A program made the translations under genes and the position numbers. Below are positions 26,499 to 34,962 of a DNA stretch of 64,000 nt, piece after piece. The notes below the pieces were generated by a model. That model made no database searches. It saw only the letters and a list, made by a program, of their open reading frames with translations, and was not told where the DNA came from. Each line of letters starts with the position of its first letter. Positions within the stretch are counted from its first letter, which is position 1. The stretch covers positions 4,387 through 68,386 of the forward strand of contig JAUVGH010000005.1 in NCBI GenBank assembly GCA_030593885.1, read 5' to 3'. This DNA comes from Methanomassiliicoccales archaeon (GTDB taxonomy: Archaea > Thermoplasmatota > Thermoplasmata > RBG-16-68-12 > SOIM01).

Positions 26499-27734
26499 TC
26501 ATAGCAAAACTCCCTTTATGTCTTCCCGGCAGTCCTCTGGCACAAACAGCAATACTTCGTCGGGTGTGGCTAAAGCACCCAACGATTCTATTTCCTGTGA
26601 AATTTCCTTCGTACAATCCGAATTGATGAAAATAGCTTCTTCTCGGTCTTTTGGATGTGGCGTGTAAGGCTTATAAGCCCTCTTTGATGATAAATCTACA
26701 TAGGAACAATAATAGTCAATCTCGTATCCTTTCTTCTCAATAATTGATTCTATCTTCTCCTTCGATTCATAGAATTTCATGGCATCTTTCTTTTCTATGG
26801 TAATGGATTTTGATAGCTGCCTTCTGAAGAATCTATTTGAAAGATCCAGAAGAGTGGTATCTCCGGAATGTCTAACCTCTCTAATCAGAGAAAGTACGTC
26901 GAAGTCTGCAACACCAATGTATTCCGATAGACTTGTATCATCCTTCAGTATAGGAACAAAACTTTCGTCTAGAGTCAAATCCCCTTTCTCAAAAACACTT
27001 TTTGTCCGAGCTATCGTCTTCCTAACCAGTTCTTCGGCTGCTAGAGTCGAATGATGATAATACACTTGTTTGTGCATTTGGTATCTGCAAGTCAGATAAT
27101 GCTCTACAGCATACAATCCCCCCTTAGATACGTATATTTCATCGTTTTCAGTCAATCTGATTGTGTGGATAATCCGTTCAATATCAAATCTACCATGAGG
27201 ATTTCCAGTCAATAGAGAATCCCTCAACAAATAATCGAATCTGTCAACATCCATCTGACTTGAGATCAGTTTATGCAAGTATTCTGGTATGGTGCCAGAT
27301 GTAAGGATCTTTGAGACTTCCTTAGGTTCGAATCCATAATCCTTCAGCAAAGAGGATATGTTATGTTCTCCGCTTTCGATTATTTCTTTGGAGATTTGCA
27401 CGTGTGTCTTGCCAGGCATGATTTTGCTCTCTAGTGCATGGGAAAAAGGACCATGGCCAATATCGTGCAAAAGGGCTGCAATCGACAACTTCTCTTCATC
27501 ATCTTCAGTCATCTCCAAAACTTCGGCTAGTCTCTTCGAAAACCAGTATGTTCCTAAAGAATGACTAAACCTAGAATGTAGCGCATTTGGATAGGTAAAA
27601 TAGGATAGGCCTAGTTGGCGAATATACTTTAGCCTTTGAAATTCAACGGTATCAATAATCTTGTTTACTAATCCGTTCTTCTCAAACGAAACAAAGGAAT
27701 GTATCGGATCCGCGACTATCCTGTCCTCTACCAT
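26499..27734 (-). CDS. SAMHD1/YwfO-like HD-domain (d)NTP triphosphohydrolase-family protein
   Basis: RFSHSLGTYWFSKRLA...AALLHDIGHGPFSH...DVDRFDYLLRDS are the characteristic blocks of the COG1078/SAMHD1-type HD family. Confidence 0.75.
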   Translation of the reverse strand: MVEDRIVADPIHSFVSFEKNGLVNKIIDTVEFQRLKYIRQLGLSYFTYPNALHSRFSHSLGTYWFSKRLAEVLEMTEDDEEKLSIAALLHDIGHGPFSHALESKIMPGKTHVQISKEIIESGEHNISSLLKDYGFEPKEVSKILTSGTIPEYLHKLISSQMDVDRFDYLLRDSLLTGNPHGRFDIERIIHTIRLTENDEIYVSKGGLYAVEHYLTCRYQMHKQVYYHHSTLAAEELVRKTIARTKSVFEKGDLTLDESFVPILKDDTSLSEYIGVADFDVLSLIREVRHSGDTTLLDLSNRFFRRQLSKSITIEKKDAMKFYESKEKIESIIEKKGYEIDYYCSYVDLSSKRAYKPYTPHPKDREEAIFINSDCTKEISQEIESLGALATPDEVLLFVPEDCREDIKGVLL

Positions 27735-27756
27735 CGAAATACCATGCCACTCTTTC

Positions 27757-27764
27757 TATAAATA
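27757..27764 (-). promoter_or_regulatory. TATA-box-like element upstream of the HD hydrolase gene
   Basis: The minus strand reads AATATTTATAGAAAG, with the TTTATA core about 23 nt upstream of the ATG at 27734. Confidence 0.35.
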
Positions 27765-28194
27765 TTCCTCTCAATTCTGTCATACGTCACAAATACTCGA
27801 GTTCTGAGGTAGCGGTTCTACCCACCTTGTTCAGCACAGACTAGCCTCAGCCATGGAGGAGTCATCAACTGTTCGACCCAGTAGTCGGCATTAGTCCGAA
27901 ATCCTTGTCCCACGCCTCCTCTCAACAAGGAACTTGCGCAATCACAATGCGGCACAATCGTTACATGAACAAGGATGTTCCCCACTTTTTGCTATTCTGT
28001 CCATAATGCTTCCCATTCAGCTCTGAATCTCAGACCCAAAGGCTGAACAGAATGTCGCATTTCAATGAGAACGAAGACATTGCTTCTAATAGAAATGTGG
28101 TAACTCAACGCACACGAGAACTCTTCTGACAGAGTCGAATAGGCGCGATAGAGCTATAGTCTTTCAGTGTTTCTCCATATTCCAAAACCCTCAG

Positions 28195-29025
28195 CTATTC
28201 GGGCGACTCATCACCCTTACTTTGAGAGCTGTGCGTTTGTTCTGTCGGAAGCAACCTGATATCGTGCTCCCCTTCATAATCCAACATGTGCGGTGGTGTT
28301 TTGTCGCCAAACGTGATCTCTGTCTGCAGTCTGAACGTGATTTTTGCGGGCAACTTCTCTGATATCTCGCCTACGTTTACTACGCCATCCTTCAGGTCGT
28401 TGTACAAACCAATAAGGATGGCCAACTGCAGGTCACGTAGAGCCGAGGCATTGCACACGCTGACATAGAAGTCGTCAATGAAGGGATAATAGACTCCCTC
28501 CTTGTCAAGCCCCTTTCTCTCTTCGGTGTAGCGTCTGTTCTCTTCTTGAGACTGCGCTCCTTCTATGGATAACGCAAACCACAAGGCGGAGGGAAACATT
28601 CTCATGAATGTCAGAAGTCTCTTCAAATCCTCATCGTCATAGTGTGTGCCAAGCCTTTCTTGGACATGACGCATCAGTTCCATGTTGATCATGTTTGATG
28701 CGTAGGTCGACCTCATGAAGATTCTTCTGTCTGCTTTCGTTTTGAGATAGACTCTCGCTACATTTATGAACGAGTCGACATCCTCCACCAGACGATACCA
28801 CTCAGTCCTATGTTTCTGTCTGGGGGGCTTTATCTTCTTGAACTCCAGAATGCCTGCCAAAGTCAATTTCTCACAGATTTTGCCAGCCCAGTTTCGACTT
28901 ATGCCCTTCTTCAGATCCTTCTCGATCTTCGCTGGATATGCCAGCTGATTCTCATTCCGCAGGAAATACTCCAGCACTGTTCTCTCTTTGGCAGTGAGTT
29001 CGAGTTGGGAGAGATTATTCTGCAT
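28195..29025 (-). CDS. Winged-helix DNA-binding protein, unknown family
   Basis: The N-terminal LTAKERTVLEYFLRNENQLAYPAKIEKDLKKGISRNWAGKICEKLTLAGILEF is MarR/wHTH-like. The C-terminal 190 aa or so are unassigned. Confidence 0.55.
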   Translation of the reverse strand: MQNNLSQLELTAKERTVLEYFLRNENQLAYPAKIEKDLKKGISRNWAGKICEKLTLAGILEFKKIKPPRQKHRTEWYRLVEDVDSFINVARVYLKTKADRRIFMRSTYASNMINMELMRHVQERLGTHYDDEDLKRLLTFMRMFPSALWFALSIEGAQSQEENRRYTEERKGLDKEGVYYPFIDDFYVSVCNASALRDLQLAILIGLYNDLKDGVVNVGEISEKLPAKITFRLQTEITFGDKTPPHMLDYEGEHDIRLLPTEQTHSSQSKGDESPE

Positions 29026-29189
29026 GGCGTAACCTCAGACTTATATGCCGTTGGATGCTTAAGCGTTGTGTTGACTTCATCAGTGAATAACTGTTAACAA
29101 GATTTCGATTTCCTTCACTAGTGCAGTTGTTGTTCACATTGTTTGCACTTTCAGACCTTAGATATTGAGAAAAGAACATAATGTAGGAT

Positions 29190-30980
29190 GTGAAGGAAAA
29201 CGCATCAACATGTCACCGAGATACGTCTGTAAACGCAAGGAGGAATGTAAAGGAAAGGGAGAACGGACCAAGGCTTCCCAGGCTTGGTTCGAGCCTTGGC
29301 TGGCTCCGAGGGATTCTTCACCGAGGCTCGGGGCTTGGTATCTTGGTGGAGGTTCTCCTCTCTCTTCTCGGGATATCTCAGGTAGGAAATGCTGCCCACT
29401 CGGACGAGAAGGGAGCTTCGAACCGAAGCGACATTGCAGGCTTGCCCGGTCAGAAGTGGATTCTCCGCCGAAGGGACCGTACAGGCAAGCTGATATTTCT
29501 TGGCACCTTTGACCACGCTCCGAGCCCTCAAGAATTGGCTGAATACGGTCCGGGGCGCTTCAGCATTCTGACCGTGAAGCCGAGTCTGAAAGGCTGGGAT
29601 TCTGTTGTCATCCCTGCCAAGAAGAATGGGACTTCCAAGAGAACGTCTCCTTCTTCGCCGACAACGACTGGCGCGGCCGCAGTCAGGCCCAAAAACGGAA
29701 TCGGGCCGAAGATGGTTGGAAGTCGTAAGGTGCCGGAGGGGGGGTTAGAGAAGCCCATAAGGATGCATCCTAAGGAAGAGCGAACAAGCAAGCATGTCAG
29801 TACAAAACCAGTGGATGTGGTGACCTCAGATGTGAACAGTGTGGTTTCGAAAGAACCCTCTTCGTTGCCAATGACAGGAACCAACGTTCCAAGCACAGTA
29901 CCCCAAGATGACATCAATCATCAGAAGCCCGAATCGAAGAGTTTGCCGATCAGGAGGACAGAGGATCTCAACAGGAAACGGGTGTCGAGGGTCGACCAGC
30001 AGATCGTGCATGGAGAACCCAGATCCGTGATTTCAAACAATGTCGCCTATCACCCTCCAGAGCAGTCAAATATACAGACAGCCAGTCGTGTGAACTCCAA
30101 AGAAGACGACCGGCAACCAACGGAAAGATGTCCACGATGCCGGAAACCCTCATCTTCTCTTGTCACCTGTGACTTCTGTGGAGAGATTCTGTGCGCCGAC
30201 CGGTTCAAGAGCTGTCTCAAGACACACAATTGTCCCCAGTCCGTGTCGTGCTTCAATTGCGGAAGGAGAATTCCCAACGAACGAGCAGAGATTGCCCATT
30301 GGTGCAACCAGTTCCTCTGCGGCAGAAAGTGCCTGAAGAAATGCTGGATGGAGAATAGAGAAGAAGAGGAATGCAAACCTTGTGGAGCGATGGCCAACGG
30401 CGACGGTCCTGAAGGGGAAGAGGGAGACGAAGGAGGTGTCGAAATCAGAAATGAGAATTTGCCCGAACAAGAAGGGCCAGGAATAGCAGAAGAGGAGTGC
30501 CAAGAGTACGAATGTGAGGGTTGTGGAACCGACGTTGCGGCCGATGCTGTGGAATGCCCGCGTTGCGGATTGCTCTATGAGGAGGAAAACACGGAATCTG
30601 AAAATGAGGCCTCAGTGGAGGAGGAAAAACCTCAGCAGATGTGTAACGGGCAGTCAAAAGAAAAAGCATGCAGGAAATGTCAAGAAGAGAATTGCCAGGG
30701 AAGACACTGTGATGGCTACTGCAACCTATGTAATTTCCACGACTGTGAAGATAGATGCGAAAATGATGGACTCTGCAAGACTTGCGAGGATTACGCTGAT
30801 TGCGAGATAAGATGCAGGGAAGCCCCAGAACGTTGTGACAAGAGACACTGCCAAGGATTCGAGTGTAGTGACCGTACTTTGTCGCCTCCAGACTGTGATT
30901 TCGATTGCGAAAACTGTAATGACACGGGATGCTACTTCTTCGATCATCCGGCAGATGAAGAAGAAGGAGATGAGAGTTGA
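29190..30980 (+). CDS. Large Cys-rich, highly acidic multi-zinc-ribbon protein
   Basis: 596-aa ORF. The C-terminal 300 aa or so carry dozens of Cys in CxxC/CxxxxC arrangements (CPRCRK...CDFCGE...CFNCGR...CEGCGT...CPRCG...CRKCQEENC...CNLCNFHDCEDRC...CKTCEDYADCEIRC) and end in DEEEGDES. The start is uncertain. Confidence 0.6.
   Translation: MKENASTCHRDTSVNARRNVKERENGPRLPRLGSSLGWLRGILHRGSGLGILVEVLLSLLGISQVGNAAHSDEKGASNRSDIAGLPGQKWILRRRDRTGKLIFLGTFDHAPSPQELAEYGPGRFSILTVKPSLKGWDSVVIPAKKNGTSKRTSPSSPTTTGAAAVRPKNGIGPKMVGSRKVPEGGLEKPIRMHPKEERTSKHVSTKPVDVVTSDVNSVVSKEPSSLPMTGTNVPSTVPQDDINHQKPESKSLPIRRTEDLNRKRVSRVDQQIVHGEPRSVISNNVAYHPPEQSNIQTASRVNSKEDDRQPTERCPRCRKPSSSLVTCDFCGEILCADRFKSCLKTHNCPQSVSCFNCGRRIPNERAEIAHWCNQFLCGRKCLKKCWMENREEEECKPCGAMANGDGPEGEEGDEGGVEIRNENLPEQEGPGIAEEECQEYECEGCGTDVAADAVECPRCGLLYEEENTESENEASVEEEKPQQMCNGQSKEKACRKCQEENCQGRHCDGYCNLCNFHDCEDRCENDGLCKTCEDYADCEIRCREAPERCDKRHCQGFECSDRTLSPPDCDFDCENCNDTGCYFFDHPADEEEGDES
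29686..29814 (+). repeat. Repeat copy A1 (inside the Cys-rich gene), homologous to 34963..35091
   Basis: Direct by-eye alignment: GGCCCAAA..ATCGGGCCGAAGATGGTTGGAAGTCGTAAGGTGCC...ATGCATCC...CCAGTGG is shared, with roughly four fifths of positions identical. Confidence 0.85.
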
Positions 30981-31156
30981 GCGGTGGTAGGACCTGGGAG
31001 GGATAGAATATCGAGTTCAAGGAGCTGAGGTTGGTGATGAGAAGGTTCCAGTCGTCGACAAGAGAACATGGACCAATGAGGGGGCAAGAGTGTTTGAATC
31101 GTCCTTATGTGCGAAGCACTACAATAGGAGAGACTGAGAAGTCGTGAGGATAAGCA

Positions 31157-31543
31157 ATGTCGAAGAGAGATAACTCTGAGAACGGTTCCGAGCGGAAGGA
31201 TAAGCGAGGAAGGCCTTCGGTATTGGAATCATTGGGTGACCCTCATCTCCCCGTGAAAGCCGCAGCAATGCGTTCTGCGGGGTATTCTTGGTCCGAAATA
31301 GCATCTTACCTGAGTGTGGGAAGAACCACCGCCAAACGGCTCGCTACGATGTACCAAAAAGAAAATGAGAGCCAGATCGACAAGGCGTCCAATAACAAGA
31401 TGCCAAAAAAGGATGATACAAAGCATGAGGTTGAGAATACCCAGTGGCCTGAACTCTCAACGGAGGAGGGAATTTTGGACTGTTTGCCCAAAACATTCAA
31501 GATCTTCATTTCTCTCGTAAAACGAGCAAGGGAGGCTCAATAG
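31157..31543 (+). CDS. Small helix-turn-helix protein (resolvase/IS-type HTH-like)
   Basis: AAMRSAGYSWSEIASYLSVGRTTAKRLATMY is a classic HTH. The N-terminus is basic and the tail is acidic. Confidence 0.55.
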   Translation: MSKRDNSENGSERKDKRGRPSVLESLGDPHLPVKAAAMRSAGYSWSEIASYLSVGRTTAKRLATMYQKENESQIDKASNNKMPKKDDTKHEVENTQWPELSTEEGILDCLPKTFKIFISLVKRAREAQ

Positions 31544-31603
31544 ATTTGGACAAATCGGCATGGGTATTCTACCCTAGAGGTCGTTGAACGACGGGTCCAT
31601 CCT
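31441..31603 (+). repeat. Repeat copy A2 (3' end of the HTH gene plus downstream spacer), homologous to 35085..35247
   Basis: By-eye alignment: CCAGTGGCCT...GGAGGAGGGAATT.TGGA...AAAACATTCA.GAT.TTC.TTTCTCTCG.AAAACGAGCA..GGA.GCTCAATAGAT.TGG...GGTATTCTACCCTAGAGGTC.TTGAACGACGGGTCCATCCT. Confidence 0.85.
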
Positions 31604-31721
31604 TAGAAGAGCAAATTCAGATGAAGGAATCACACTCTGGCTCAACGGTCATCCTGAGTAGAATGTGAAACTAGGAGCATCCCGGGCGTTTTCGTTCGAA
31701 CTGACGGACATCGAGGGGGTG

Positions 31722-34673
31722 TTATGACCTATCCGTGCTATCCTCGAGGCGACCCAGTTCCTCCTTGACCTCATCAACCTTCCCGTGCAGTTCCATCCCT
31801 ACGAATATGTTCAAGGCTCTTTTCAGGTGCTCTTCGGCCCTTTTGCCGTCACCCTTCTCTCTCCACATACGCCCGAACTCGTACAGGGTCACTGCCAGTT
31901 CTTTCTCATGCCCAATCTCCTCGAAGATCCTGATACTCTCATCGAAGCTATTGGCAGACTCCTCCCATCTCTCCTTCTCACGGTGGATCTTGCCGCAGAG
32001 TCTGCTTGACGTCCCGATGTTCTCCTTGAGGCCGATTTCCACCGCCAATTCGGATGCCTTCTTGCTGAATCCCATCGACTTCTCCAGGTTGCCCATTTTG
32101 AAATGAAGCTCCGCGATGCCGTTGAGGGCGTAGGACAAACCTGCTGGGTCGTCAATCGACTCGTGCATCTTCAGGCATTTCTCGTAGTGTTCCAAAGCTT
32201 GATGATACTCTCCCCTGAGTCCGAGTGTCACGCCCAGATTGCCGTGGGCACCCGCAATGGATTGTTGACTGCCGACCCTCTCGAAGATCTCTAGGCCCAT
32301 CTCGTTGTGGTCCAGCCCCTTGTCATAGTCTCCCATCTCAGAGTATGCGATGCCGATGTTGATGAGCTGAGCAGCAACGGCCGGTAATGCTCCCATACTC
32401 TCCGAGACCTTCATGGTCTCCGAAAACAGCTCAACTGCCTTCGCAAACTCTCCCCTAGTAGTATACACCACGCCGAGGTTGCCGGTGTAGGATGAAGCGA
32501 GGTTCCGGTCATCGGTCTTCCTCGCCGCCTCAAGAGCCTCCGTGAAGTATTCGAGAGCCTCGTCGCATCTCCCGGTATGGAAGCACAAAATGCCGATGTT
32601 GCTGAGGGATCCGGCAAAGCCCTTCATGTCACCAATCTTCCGTCCTATCCCCTTGCCCCTTTCAAAGCATTCGAGGGCTCCGTCGTAGTCCGCTCTCTCC
32701 ATAAGCACAAGTCCGATGACATTGAGTATGTTCGCCTCCTCCTCTGACTCCTCGCCCTCGACCAAGCGCAAAGCACGGTTGCAGACTTCGATGGATTCGT
32801 CATAGTCTCCACTCATCTTCAGCGCCCTGCCGAGCAACGCTCCGACTCGCGCCTTTCCCTTCGTCTCGTGTGCGAGTTCCATCGCAGCCCTGAGGCACTC
32901 AACGCTCTTGTCATGCTCACCGGTCAGCAGGTGGATTTCTCCCACATTCTCGAGGATTTCGACCTTCTTCTCCTTGTCAGACTCGAATTTGAGCGCCTTG
33001 GTATAGAATCTTATAGCTTCCTCATTCGAAAACTCCTTCTTCGCCCTCTCCGCCGCCTTCATGAGGTAGTGCAGAGCCTTGTCCTTGTCTCTGCAGCGAC
33101 TGTAGTGGAATGCCAGGTCCTCTATCACTTCTTCAGGGTCGTCCTTGTGCTGCTCCTCCATCGAGCCCGCGACTATCGAGTGGTACTCCATTCTGAGTTC
33201 TGGCGGTATCTGTTCGTACAGGACTTCCTTGATCTTGGAGTGGTCGAATCTGAACTCGCCATTCTGGGTATGAACGAGGCTGTGCCTCTGCTCCAACGTC
33301 CTCAAGTGTTCCAGCAACTGGACCCTTTCGAGTCCGGTGGCGGAAGCGAGAATGCTCGAAGTGAATTCCTCTCCAATGACGCACGCGTAGTCGAGGATTT
33401 CCTTCAACTCTCCTCCTACCCGATTGAGTCTGCGAGTGATGAGGTCGAAGATCTTGGACGGGATGTGCATCGTCTCCGGATCCTCGGATATCCATACTCC
33501 CTCGTGACTCCTGATCAGTTCTTCCTCGGCTAGTAGCTTGATCAGCTCTATCAGGAACAGCGGGTTTCCCTCTGCTTCCTCATAGACTCTCTTCATGAAC
33601 TTGTCGCTGAAGTCTGTCTCCCCGAGCATGGAGGATAGGAAGTCAGATGCGCTCTCCTGAGGCAGTCTCTCCAGCTCGATTCTCTCGCACAGGTCCTCCC
33701 GGCTCATCATCTGCATGGTCTCGATCAGAGGGTGTGTCTTGCCTTCCCTCGCCACGATGTCCTCGGGTCTGTAAGTGCCGATGAGAAGAAGACTGCACTT
33801 CCTCGTGGTTCTCGCCGTGTAGTGCATCAGTGCCAGGGAAGAGGGATCCGCCCAGTGGAGGTCCTCGATGCATAGCAGGGTTGGCGCGGTCTCCGCCTGT
33901 CGAGTAAGGCCCAAGGAGACATTCTCGAACAGGAGATTCCTTCGCGCCGCCGGGTCCTGCAGTCCGAAGTAGACTCCATCGTACTTACCCGACGCGACGA
34001 GCGGTCGGAGTGTGTCCTCGATTCCCCGCACGCTATCCTCGTCTCCGTCCCATTGACGCAGGACATCTCCGTGGTTCTTCTGCACCTTCACCAGGATGTC
34101 TCTCATGTCGTTAATGAGGAATTCGTTCTCTCGTCCTGTGAGGATTACAACGAGATTCGTGTCCTTTCCGCTCTCAACGAGAATTCTGTGGTTCTCGTAT
34201 CCCAGACTGTTCAGCATTCCTTCTCTTTCCTCTCCGCTCAACATCGACAGAGAATCCTTGACGAAATCTCCGACGGTTGTGAGCATGGAAGCGAACAGGT
34301 CTGGATCGAGTTCTGTCTCCTTCCGCAGAACTTCCTTGACCAACAAGCCTGTATTCGTCACTAGGTAGACTGCTTCCACTCTTGGTGCTTCCTCTGCGAA
34401 AAGTGATTCCATTCCTCCTGATCTCAATGCTTCCAAGAAGGGCATGTAGGGCGTGAGGGATTCGTACAGACTGTTTCCACTCAATATCTTAAAACTTTCC
34501 GATTCTGCTATGTTCTTGATCTCTTCCAACAGTCTCGTCTTTCCTATTCCTGCTTCTCCTGACATGAATAGGGTGGTTCCACGTCCCTGTGAGGCATTGC
34601 TCAGGTGCTCACGAAGCTCTTTGAGTTCATTCTCCCGACCTATCATTTCGGGCTGAAAGTCGAGCTGTGCCAT
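31722..34673 (-). CDS. AAA_16/STAND-type ATPase with a Roadblock/LC7-like insertion and C-terminal TPR repeats
   Basis: - Walker A is GEAGIGKTRL and Walker B is LLCIEDLHWADPSS.
- Between them lies a segment of about 100 aa, VEAVYLVTNTGLLVKE...LFASMLTTVGDFVKDSLSML...HRILVESGKDTNLVVILTGRE, with a Roadblock/MglB-like pattern.
- The C-terminal half has many TPR-like repeats.
- ATG 34673 is preceded by GGAGGG, so the ORF-track start at 34748 is probably spurious. Confidence 0.8.
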   Translation of the reverse strand: MAQLDFQPEMIGRENELKELREHLSNASQGRGTTLFMSGEAGIGKTRLLEEIKNIAESESFKILSGNSLYESLTPYMPFLEALRSGGMESLFAEEAPRVEAVYLVTNTGLLVKEVLRKETELDPDLFASMLTTVGDFVKDSLSMLSGEEREGMLNSLGYENHRILVESGKDTNLVVILTGRENEFLINDMRDILVKVQKNHGDVLRQWDGDEDSVRGIEDTLRPLVASGKYDGVYFGLQDPAARRNLLFENVSLGLTRQAETAPTLLCIEDLHWADPSSLALMHYTARTTRKCSLLLIGTYRPEDIVAREGKTHPLIETMQMMSREDLCERIELERLPQESASDFLSSMLGETDFSDKFMKRVYEEAEGNPLFLIELIKLLAEEELIRSHEGVWISEDPETMHIPSKIFDLITRRLNRVGGELKEILDYACVIGEEFTSSILASATGLERVQLLEHLRTLEQRHSLVHTQNGEFRFDHSKIKEVLYEQIPPELRMEYHSIVAGSMEEQHKDDPEEVIEDLAFHYSRCRDKDKALHYLMKAAERAKKEFSNEEAIRFYTKALKFESDKEKKVEILENVGEIHLLTGEHDKSVECLRAAMELAHETKGKARVGALLGRALKMSGDYDESIEVCNRALRLVEGEESEEEANILNVIGLVLMERADYDGALECFERGKGIGRKIGDMKGFAGSLSNIGILCFHTGRCDEALEYFTEALEAARKTDDRNLASSYTGNLGVVYTTRGEFAKAVELFSETMKVSESMGALPAVAAQLINIGIAYSEMGDYDKGLDHNEMGLEIFERVGSQQSIAGAHGNLGVTLGLRGEYHQALEHYEKCLKMHESIDDPAGLSYALNGIAELHFKMGNLEKSMGFSKKASELAVEIGLKENIGTSSRLCGKIHREKERWEESANSFDESIRIFEEIGHEKELAVTLYEFGRMWREKGDGKRAEEHLKRALNIFVGMELHGKVDEVKEELGRLEDSTDRS

Positions 34674-34704
34674 ACACCCTCCACAATCTCCATCATATGT
34701 CTTC

Positions 34705-34712
34705 TTATATAA
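34705..34712 (-). promoter_or_regulatory. TATA-box-like element (TTATATAA) upstream of the ATPase-TPR gene
   Basis: TTATATAA lies about 32 nt upstream of ATG 34673, with GGAGGG in between. Confidence 0.4.
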
Positions 34713-34912
34713 TTTGCTCTTTCCTGACTTTCTCCAGCTCCCTCCCAAGCTTCAGCTCCTCATAGATCTCCATGGCCTTGTCGAATTGCCCCTTCGCCTA
34801 GTCAGAATCGCCATTGGCCTTCCACATCAACCTGAACTCGGTGATAGCCCATCCGGGTGAAAGAATGACATTCAGCCCCCTTATCCTCGTGAATAGGTAG
34901 GAACGGTAAGTT
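34705..34912 (-). pseudogene. Relic of the C-terminal end of another ATPase-TPR paralog
   Basis: My minus-strand translation is ...GWAITEFRLMWKANGDSD*AKGQFDKAMEIYEELKLGRELEKVRKEQII*. It aligns with the C-termini of both intact paralogs (YEFGRMWREKGDGKRAEEHLKRALNIFVGM... and HEAGLMWKMKGDPETARNYLVKALEIFRKL...). It carries an in-frame TAG at 34798..34800, and nothing remains upstream of about 34912. Confidence 0.7.
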
Positions 34913-34962
34913 GACCCATCCGCAGTTAACATCTGGGATTCACTTCCTCCTCCAGATTGGAA

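Noticed and set aside
29165-29512. Alternative-frame 115-aa ORF overlapping the 5' end of the Cys-rich gene.
   Set aside because: It has no motifs and is Arg/Gly/Ser-rich. The longer frame continues into sequence that is duplicated and conserved at protein level in the relic copy (GPKMVGSRKVPE), which supports the 29190 frame. The true start of that gene remains uncertain.
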